Shown one piece after another: positions 50,350 through 60,700 of a DNA stretch of 64,000 bases (position 1 is the stretch's first letter; each line of letters starts with the position of its first letter). Under the pieces are notes generated by a model, which saw only the letters and a program-made list of their open reading frames with translations, had not been told where the DNA came from and searched no databases. A program made the translations under genes and the position numbers. Origin of the DNA: Octopus vulgaris (Eukaryota); assembly GCA_951406725.2 (NCBI GenBank), contig OX597827.1, positions 24,180,001-24,244,000 of the forward strand, given 5' to 3'.

Positions 50350-51308
50350 AATAAGTTCTGTGTCCCTTCAGCAGTTTTATTTATATTTCTAGTCATACTT
50401 GACAAAATATTACATTCCACATTGTTACCAACGGATGTCTGTTCGTTTGAAGATCTTTGAAATAATGGTCCACAGCGCTGCTCCTTAGAATTTCCGCTTT
50501 ATTATGTGTAAATAGTGGACGAGGTAAGAACCACGATTTCATGTTTCCGTTTATTTTGTTCCCCTTTTTTATGGATTTATATTTTAATTAAATTATTAAA
50601 TATTTATATAATCTTAAAAACAGAAACATATTTGAGTTTAGTATCGCATTAAAATTTACCGTTTCGTAATTAGTGATTCGTTTCTGGTTCTTTGGTCTGT
50701 CAGCTGAAGATCCATGAACTTCAATTAAAACAGATGAAGCTATTTAATTCCTATTTCTTTACTACCCTCAAGGGGCTGAAGCTATTTAATTCCAATCAAA
50801 CCAAAGCATTCCTTCGATATAGCTCGACAAAGTCAAGACATTTCACTTGGGGTATTTCCGTGGTTTGTGGAGTATAGATATAACGAAATTATGCCAGCAA
50901 TGTCTCATTTTAAACTTGAAGAAAAAAAAAAAGCCTTGCATATTTGTTCTAACCTGTTTCATGTGTGTATGTAAAATCCGCAAATTTCCAAGCAGAAAAC
51001 AGAATCGAATTGTAATTTGCTTCCACGGAAATACCCAAAGTGAAGTATTTTGGTTTTGTCGAGTTATATCGAAAGAATGCCATATAATCTTAAAAACAGA
51101 AACATATTTGAGTTTAGTATCACATTAAAATTTACCGTTTCATAATTAGTAATTCGTTTATGATCATTTGGTCTGTCAGCTGTAAAGTTTGGTTTTACAA
51201 TGAACTGCAATTAAAACAGATGAAGCGATTTAATTCTAATCAAATCAATTATGTTTGTGTAATAATTACAAAGTTCTCTTTCTGCCAGACTCTTTAAATG
51301 TAAATCAA

Positions 51309-51392
51309 GGCGGGGGTAAAGAATACGTATACCCCTGTTTTCGGCGTAACAAACCCCCTAAACCCCGGGTGTACGTATTCTTTACTTTCGCC
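51309..51392. mobile_element. 84-bp hairpin mini-MITE with 9-bp TSD
   Basis: ggcg..gtaaagaatacgtatacc / ggtgtacgtattctttac..cgcc; gtaaatcaa on both sides. Confidence 0.8.
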
Positions 51393-51641
51393 GTAAATCA
51401 ATATCTTCGAATAAATCATCCGGTTGTTTTGATTTGGCAATAATTAAGGTAGGGTTCAAATTCCGCCCAGGTCGACTTTGCCTTTCATCCTTTCGGGGTC
51501 GATAAATTAAGTACCAGTTGCATACTGAGGAATCAATCAAATCAACTGGCCTCCTCCCGCAAAATTTCGGGCCTTGTACCTAGAGTAGAAAAGAATAATT
51601 GAGGTAGGCTCGAACTAAGTTGTGCTGCTATTAGTCATTTC

Positions 51642-53068
51642 TATAGATATGTACCCTTCCGACTTTGTTGCCTCATAACCTCCAGAAGATTAGATACTTT
51701 TTAACGATATTTGCAAGAAATACAGCTGAGGTGCCCTAGATTAAAAGTATGTAAGGATTTGCTGGAAAGAATTTTTCCGAGAGGGTGACGAAAGGAGTTT
51801 CGGAAAATTCACACGACCCAACTTTTTTTCCCCACAACTTTCATGCAAATTGATATCTTTTAATGAAATTTTATTAAGATAAAATACCTTTCAAACGGCG
51901 GCATGGCATAGATTACGATTAGAAAGAAATTTGTTGGGAATTTTTTTTTTGTCTGAGGAGTGGAGAGATTTCGGACCAGGGTGCCTACGTAAATTGGAAT
52001 TTCTCCGTTTTGACAGGGATTTTCCCGTTTTTCTTTTTTGTTTTTTCACCACAACCTTCGAAATGACGACGATCGTGTTTATGTGAAAAAATGATTTGGA
52101 AATTTTTTTTTTTTTTTTTCACCACCTAACTCCAGGCGAATTTTGGCGAATTTTCTTGGCACTTCGCACTTAAAAATCGTGGAAGCCTTTAAGGTGAAAG
52201 AAAAAAAAAGTGTGCGATTCAAGGGAGATAAGTAACAAAAAAAAAAAAATGGTCTTTTAAATTTTTACCCCAACCAAGCGAGTCCGTGTGTGTGTAAGAA
52301 AAAGAATTTTCTACCTGAAATATGATATTAAAATAAATTATCTTTTACATACCTATAGATAAATCTCAGCAATCACCTTGTCAGACTCTCCAATATTTTA
52401 AAATTATAAACAAAATACAATCGGGGGGTGCGAAGTGGGGTTGAAAAAAATCAAATTTTCAAATATTTTTTTTTACTGCATAAATTTGTTTATGAGGAGA
52501 AAAGTATTGAAAAGCCACAATACATGTAAGAGTGAGAATAAAAAACCAAGAGGGTGATCTTGGGATGTGCTAGAAACAATAGCCAAATCTCCCTTAAATT
52601 ACACTTTTTCATCTGAAAATATTTACAAAAATCAGTCTGGAGGGAGTGGGAGCAATGAAAAAATAAAATCATATATTTTCAAAACTTTTTTCATAGAGAG
52701 ATACCACCCGCCCCACATCATTTCAGAGGCTGTGGTGCAAAAGAATCAGAAAAATCCCTGTCAAAATGGAGCAGCTCCAACCTATGTTGGCTCCCTGATC
52801 CGAAACTCCTCTCCCCACTCTGTTGGAAAAATTTTTCCCAACAAATTTTTTATAATTGTAATCTATGCTGTTTGAAAGATACCCATTTTCCTGAAAGTTA
52901 TGAGGTAAAATGTGAGATTGTGTGAATTTTCCAAAACTCCTTTCACACCCTCTTAGAAAAATTCTCTCCAGCAAATCCTTACATATTCTAAATCTTTGGC
53001 ATCTAAGCAAAAGTATCCATTTTTCTGGAGGTTATGAGGCAACAGAGCTGGAGGCATACATATCTGTA
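51642..53068. mobile_element. Non-coding fold-back DNA element with long imperfect TIRs
   Basis: tagatatgta..ttgcctcataacctccagaa..gtaaggatttgctgga.. mirrored at about 52750-53068. Confidence 0.75.
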
Positions 53069-53187
53069 CTTATGCCGAATTTATTTCCAATTGTGTTTTT
53101 AAAAAAAGTTTGTAATTAGAGCAAAACTGTTCATTAAGGCAGTTTAATTGAGAAGTCTACATAATCATCATAATTCTTTGGTTTTGC

Positions 53188-53670
53188 AGTTCTATATTTA
53201 AGAGATGAAGAATTATGCTCATTATTTACATTTGTCTTGGGGAAATTTCAAACCTGGGTTTTCATTCCTAAGGTATTTTTCGATGTTATTATTCAGGTCA
53301 CTGCTTGGAATCGAACTTGGAATTAGTAGCCCACAATCTTAACCACTACGCCATATGCCCATGGGCAATTATGGAGTGAATTTTAGGTTTTATAAATCTA
53401 ATATTTTCCTATCCTTCCCTAATACCAGTTCCCATATGCTACTCATATCTGCACTCGGTCTGCTTAGGAGGTTTTTGTGTCCTAGCATATGTGCTGCTTC
53501 TTTTAGTTTTCGTATTTTCCAGTGGTGTTCTCTGTTTATTATTTTAACTTCATCCCACAGGGGAAGGTGGTCTCCAAGACACCTGATGAAGGCTGGGGGG
53601 TATATCAGCGGAAACGTTGTATTAACAACAAACAAGATGAGGACAAATATCAGTCAAATGTAAATAATCT
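53188..53670 (-). mobile_element. Penelope-like element 3' end: GIY-YIG C-terminus, tRNA-like segment and tail, plus an inverted tail copy carrying a hammerhead
   Basis: EVKIINREHHWKIRKLKEAAHM..* (stop 53390); A box TGGCGTAGTGG and B box GTTCGATTCC at about 53300-53358; plus-strand hammerhead 53578-53623. Confidence 0.8.
53578..53623 (+). ncRNA. Minimal type I hammerhead motif
   Basis: gacac CTGATGA a ggctg..cagcg GAAA c GTT gtatt; mismatches in helices I and II. Confidence 0.6.
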
Positions 53671-54339
53671 TTGGTTTTGGGTTTGATCTCATTGTGCAGC
53701 ACCATGGCAATTGACTTCTGCTATAACCTCATGTTGAAGGAGGGAACCAAAGCTAAACCATTCATCATCATCATCATCATCATTTAACATCTGCTTTGCA
53801 TGGGTTGGATGGTTTGACTGAAAACTAGTAAGCCAAGGAGCTGCACCAAGTTCCAATCTGATTTCGCACTAGCACGGTATATCGCCAAGGGCCTTGGTCA
53901 CCCATCACTGCCTCCATGAGGCCCAACACTTGAATGGAGCTTTTTATGTACCACAGGCATGGGAGACAGTCAGACAGCACTGGCGTCGGCCAAGACTATG
54001 ATTTCACGTGGCTTGACAGGTCTTCTCAAGCATAGCATATTGCCCAACATTTGGTGAGTGCTTTTTACATGCCAGTTATGTGACACTGGCATCAGCCATG
54101 GCTACAGTTCATATTCTATAGTATATTTACGGTGTTACTCATAGCATATTATTGCCCAAAAGACTGCCTTATTGCCACTTGTTACTTTATTGAGAATCCT
54201 ATGAAAGGAATAAATTCTTAAGTTTAAGAATCTTGTTTGTTTTTAAAAAGTTGTAAAACATGAAAAAAATGTTTCTAAAACTTCAATGTTTTATTTTTAA
54301 TTTTCTTTTTCTTCTAAAGTTGATTATTTCTTAGCTAGA

Positions 54340-54512
54340 ATGTCGTTCCAAGTGAATTTGCCACCCTCTGTGGTGACGAAAATGGCCATGTCTGAACAGA
54401 CTGAGCAAGATGAGCCGAAAAAACAGTCTCGTGAGGATTGGAAAAAGATGAAGGAGTTAGAGGAGGCTCGTAAAGCTGGTACGGTTCCTGCAATGCAAGA
54501 TGAGGAAGGAAA
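54340..54512 (+). CDS. SLU7: SLU7 coding exon 1
   Basis: [33 protein letters not shown]. Confidence 0.9.
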
Positions 54513-57500
54513 GTAAGTCATCTCGTTTTTTTTCACTTTTTACTTCCTAAATTTTTGGTGAGGTGTGTGGGGAACCAAAAACTCTTTCTAATTTCTCTCC
54601 TGTCAAAAACTAGATTTGAACTTCTCACTGTTGGAAAGGATTTTTGAATGTGGTCAGTTTTACTTGAAATTTTATTCCAGTTAAATGTATTTTATTAAAA
54701 TACAAACTTGTTAAAAATTCTAATATGTTTGAAGCATATTTGAACCTGAAAAAAAACATTCATTGTATTTTGTGATGAAGAAAATTTCTTGCTGTAGATA
54801 AATAAATGTAAATACACTGAGTCAGCTTCCTGCGTACCCTGGCCCAGACTCTTTCGGCTGCTTTGCATTTCAGAGTGGTCGTCCTTCAGCAACAATATTT
54901 AATTGCTCCAAATAATCTGTTTTGAAATTTTTGAAGTGTTATCTGTCCATGAAATATATTATTTTCTTTCCGTATTTTTCTTTCAGAGATATCAATCCCC
55001 ATATTCCACAATATATTATGCAGGCCCCTTGGTATTTTGGGGCAGATAAACCAACACTGAAACATCAGCGACCCCAGGAACAAAAGGAGAAATATTTTGC
55101 CAAGTTAGATGAGCACTACAAGAGAGGAGTAAAACAGGTGAGTTCTTTTCTTTGACAGTTCCTTTGAAATTCTAAATATTGACTTGTTAACCATTTTGTG
55201 AAGGAACATCTTATTGTTTGCTTCTTAACCCTTTTGTGGCTATATTTCTTATGATATACACCAAAGGTTCTCAATAGGGGACATTTGGAGCTTGAGTGGG
55301 GTGTTTTGGAGCAAAGGGACTCTCTTGTACCAAAGAGCACTCTTTCGATAGACAACATGTTGATCTCATAAGAGTCGCACGGTGGAAATAGACGTAATTG
55401 TCAAACTTATAATTTATTATTTCATTTTTTTTGCATTTCAATTTGTACATCTGTTCTCCCAACTGTGTACAAGCGCATATGTAAAACAATGTTCTTTATT
55501 TTTTAATCATTATCTGCTGATATCAAAATAAGTAGTATATTGAAAAATCAAAATATTTTCTACGTGGGTGGGATCTGTGACTCTAAGGATCAAAAGGGGC
55601 CTTTGGCCAAAATGGGTTGAGAAACTTTGATATACACTATCCACGATTTTAAAAATAGCCAAGAATTTGGAAGGACTTAACTGAATAATTAATTTTTTCA
55701 TACAGTTCTATATTTAAGAGATGAGGAATTAAGTACATTATTTACATTTGACAGATATTTGTCCTCATCTTGTTTGTTGTTAACACAACGTTTCAGCTGA
55801 TATAAACTCCAGCCTTCATCAGTTGTCTTGGGGAAATTTCGCACCTGGGTTCTCATTCCAAAGGTATTTTTCGCCGCCGCCAACGACGAGGAGGAGGAGG
55901 AGGTCACTGCCTGGAATCGAACTTGGAATCTTGGTGTTAGAAGCCCACGCTCTTAATCACTACGCCATATGCCTGCAAGCCCAAGATTCTGAATTTGATT
56001 CCAAGCAGTGACCTGAATAATAATAATAAGAAGAAGAATGACATAAAAAAATACCTTAGGAATGAGAACCCAGGTTCAAAATTTCCCCAAGACAGCTGAT
56101 GAAGGCTGGTGGGTATATCAGCCGAAACGTTGTGTTAACAACAAACAAGATGAGAGCAAATATCCATCAAATGTAAATAATGTAAATAATGCTGCTGATG
56201 ATGATGTTGATGGTAGATCAGTGATGGTCTGTAGCAGAGTCTACTCTGTTGCAAGAGGAGGCAAGCACCATATCTTAATGTGCTGCTTCCTACAGGAGCT
56301 ACTCTTGAGAGTTTTTCTTTTTCAACTCCTATATTTTCCCATCGGTGTCTGAAACCCTTTAAAATAGTCAGGAACACTGCCTTTTCTGCTTTGAGTAAAC
56401 CATTAAAATATTTAAGATAGAAATTACAATGTATGTCTCCAACAATAAAACCCTATCAGTGTGTTTTGTTTTGTCTTATATGACACGCTTTTATCTACTT
56501 GTTTCTTAGGTAGTCGTTGCTACTAAATACCGAAAAGGCTCTTGTGAGAACTGTGGATCAATGACACACAAAAAGAAAGATTGTTTAGAGGTAAAGGACT
56601 TTTTTTATTGTGTTTTTATATAGCTACGTACATCCAAACATTTTTATATACATATATATATATATATATACATGGTGCGGTGAATATACTGACGTCTAAA
56701 TTAAGCAAAAATAGAAAATAACACTGACATCTCATTTTAACAGATATATTTATCAAAATTACATAAAAATATCTTGAAATACTAAAGAGTAAATTTATTC
56801 AATAAAATCGTCATTGGCTTCAACCATAACCTCCAGACAACTTCGGAATCTCTTGCACCTCTTCTGGATGGCCACCTTGTTTAAGTTGGTGAATGCTGCC
56901 ATAATCTTTGGCTTCAGTTCATCTTTCGTGTTAGGAGGAGTTTTGTTGGTCTCTTGCTCAACTGCACCCCACACATAATAATCAAGGAGGTTGCAGTCTG
57001 GGGAGTTAGGTGGCCAGGAGTTAGGGGCGATGTTGTCGCAGAAATTGTCTGACAGTCATGACTAGGTTCTCCTGCTTGTGTGGCATGGTGCAGAGTCCTG
57101 TTATCAGACATAGGGTCTTCCAGCAGCCACCCTCTTGACCCAGGACAGCATTACCTCCCCCAGGCACTTGATGTAGGCCTCCATGTTGATTGTGAGGCTG
57201 TGTAGGAAGATGAATGGTGCATAACATAGCCATCACTAGTGATCACTCCAAAACACCATGATGTTGACTGGATGTTTGATTTTTATCACTCTTGGTACAT
57301 TTCCTCAGATTGACACCCAAACACTCTGAAATGTTTGTACTGGAGCTTCCAGTGTGAATGCTAAGCAGTACAGCTTGTCGTTTCCAAATTTCTGGCAGAG
57401 TGAATTGTGTCATGCTGTTGCTTTTTGCACAGACGGTGCCTAAGCAACCCTACTATACTGTGTAGTCAACAAAATCAAAAACAAACAATGTGTACGCGTG

Positions 57501-57744
57501 AAATTTAAAATTTAAAATGGCGACAATTTACACATAACACCCTCTGTATGTGTATATATGTATATATATATAATATATAGAGAAAAAAACCACTATTATG
57601 TAATTCAAACAATGATAGACATAAACAAAATCATAAATAAAAGATAAAATATATTTTTATAAAACATAACTAGATCACAAAAAGTATAAAAATGAATAAT
57701 CAATATATAAGTTTGGAGATATACTCCCTAATATTATTATTATG

Positions 57745-57776
<32 letters not shown>

Positions 57777-60700
57777 GAATTAGAGATATATAATTAGTAT
57801 ATATTTATACTGTGAAATTTGATTTAATACTAAATCTAATTTTTCCATGTAAGTTTGGAGCTATACTCCCTAATATTATTAAATATATATATACACACAT
57901 TTGTGTGTGCAGGCATGGCTGTATGGTTCATTATTCTGTGTGTAAGAAGAGGTATGTTACTGACTGAGATAGATTGTTACTGTACATTCCTATTAAATTC
58001 ATGTGTGCACTTTAATAGCATTATTATATTGTTTTTATTTGTTTTATGATTATATCTTCAAGCCACCAAGCTATTCGTCTAAGAAGATCAATTTGTATTT
58101 TTGTTTGTTGTAACACTTAAATTCAATAAATAAGTTAACAATCATTTCTTATACATGATCAATATGACCTAACTGAATAACTTTCAATATTCATAGTACA
58201 ATTTTGGCAGTGTTTTCAAACTTGTCAATGACAGGTGTTTCTGCTAGTAATCACATATTTACTGCAAAGAAGAATTTTGTTCTTATCTAAATTTATTTTT
58301 ACTGTTTTTATCAAATTTCAGCGTCCACGCCGAGTTGGTGCTAAATACACAGGTGATCACATAGCAGCTGATGAACATATCGTACCTGTAATGAACTATG
58401 ATTATGATGGGAAAAGAGACATCTGGAATGGTTATGATCCTGAAGCACACCAAAAGAAACTCTTTGGAGAATACTCAAAAATATTACAGGTAATAACAGG
58501 CTTTTGATGTTTCACAGCTAAGCAGTTACCTTGTGGTAGATTAAATCTGCCATTTTGAAGTAGTTGTCACATATTATTGAGACAATGTCATATGTTGTTG
58601 TGAGGCAGTAAATTGCTTCTGTTTCATTGAAAGTCATATATTGTTGCGATACGAATGTCATATAGAAATGTGAGACCATATTGTATATTACCTGTGAAGG
58701 CCCAAGCTTAGCTGCACAGGTGTAAGCATAGCTGTATAGGCATAACAAGGCTGCATAGATGCAGGCTTGACTGTGTGGCTTGCTTCCCAACCATGTGGTT
58801 GCAGGTTCAGTTCCACTGTATAGTACCTTGGGTAACAGTCTCTGCTACAGCCTTTGGCTGACCAAAGTCTTGTGAGAAAATTTGGTAGACAAAAACTGAG
58901 AGGATAATCATTTATATATACATAGATGCAGGAGTGGCTGTGTGGTAAATAGCTTGCTTACCAACCACATGGTTTTGGGTTCAGTCCCACTGCGTGGCAC
59001 CTTGGGCAAGTGTCTTCTACTATAGCCTCAGGCCAACCAAAGTCTTGTGAGTGAATTTGGGAGATGGAAACTGAAAGAAGCCTGTCATATATATATGTTT
59101 GTGTGTATGCTTGTGTCTGTGTTTGTCTCGCCACCATCTCTTGACAACCGATGCTGGTGTGTTTATGTCCCCGTAACTTAGCAGTTTGGCAATAAAGACC
59201 TATAGAATAAGTACTTGGCTTACAAAGAATTAGTCCTGGGGTTGATTTGCTTGACTGAAGGCAGTGCTCCAGCATGGCTGCAGTCAAAAGATATAAAATG
59301 AAAGATTATCCACTTAATTGCCCATGTTCTCGGGTTCCCAACTGGGAACCAAAACCATGATTAGTGTTTATTTCTGATGAACCTATATCACTCACTGGTC
59401 TTTGTAAGATACTGGTATCATAGCTAGACTAGGCTTTGCTGATGAGGTCTAACAAGATCAGAACATTCCTAAAGTTATCACCCTTGCTACTAAAGCTCAA
59501 ACTTATTCTTCCCTGTGTTCCAGATTTTATTAATCATAATACGAATTTTTTTGATTGAAAAAGTTGTCTTCCATCCTTGCCTCTTCTTTTTCTTTATAAA
59601 ATTCATCACTGAAATAATTATTTGCTCTCATTACTTCAGATATAATTTTAAATTAATTAAAATTTTTTTTGTTTACCACATCGACAACACCAACACTCTG
59701 TCTTCACTAACTCAACATGCCATAAACTGTCTTACACTTGAATATATTGGTATTTGTTTGAAATAGTCACCGTTCGCTGTTCTACACAAACTAAACTATT
59801 TGATTACTTTGTTACAGGCCAAACAGTTGCTAAAAGAAGAGAAGGATATTGAAGATATAAGGGAGGACACTGTACAGAGGGTGAGATAAACTTTACTATT
59901 GTTGTTGTCATTCATCATCATCATCATCGTTTAACATCCGCTTTCCATGCTAGCATGGGACGATTTGACTGAGGTCTCGTGAACCAGACACCAGTCTGAT
60001 CTGGCAGAGTTTCTACAGCTGGATGCCCTTCCTAACACCAACCAATCCGAGAGTGTAGTGGGTGCTTTTACGTGCCACCGGCATGAGGGCCAGTTTGGTG
60101 GTACTGGCAATGGCCACATCCAAATGGTGCTTTTTATGTGCCACCTGCACAGGAGCCAGTCCAGCGGCACTGGCAACGTCCTCGCTCGAATGTTTCACAT
60201 GCCTTAGCACAAGTGCTAGTAAGGTGATGCGAAAATGATCACACTCGAATGGTGTGCTTAATGTGCCACCGGCACGAAGGCCAGTTTGTTGCTCACGCAA
60301 CGATCTCACTCGTATGGTACTCTTAGCGCTCCACTAGCAATGGATGCTGGTCACCAAGTTTGATTAATATTATTATTATTAATATTATTATTATTATTAT
60401 TATTATTAAGGCAGCAAGCTGGCAGGAGAGATGCTTAGCAGTATTTTGCCTGCGATTAAATTTCACTAAGGTCCACTTGCCTTTCATCATTTTGGGGGTC
60501 AATAGATTAAGTACCAGTGAAATACTGGGGTTGATGTAATTGACTCATCCCCTCCCCCTAAAATGGCTGCCTTTGTGGCAAAATTTGAAACCATTATTAT
60601 TATTATTATTATTATCATTATTATCATCATCATCAGCATCAGCATCATAATCATCATTATTTTTATTATTGTTGTTGTTCTTATTTATTGTTAATATTAT

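Larger units (their letters stand above)
49560..50430. promoter_or_regulatory. Putative bidirectional promoter of NOA1 and SLU7
   Basis: Lies between the NOA1 ATG (49522) and a likely SLU7 5'-UTR exon ending gag|gtaaga at 50523; start sites are inferred. Confidence 0.55.
55700..56190. mobile_element. Palindromic PLE-end element: tRNA-like head plus hammerhead (minus) and an inverted partial copy (plus)
   Basis: tRNA-like 55900-55972(-); hammerheads 55782-55827(-) and 56091-56136(+). Confidence 0.8.

Noticed and set aside
55900-55972. Possible tRNA gene (also the SINE heads at 31.0, 53.3 and 58.9 kb)
   Set aside because: Acceptor and anticodon stems do not pair properly, and each is embedded in a repeat body
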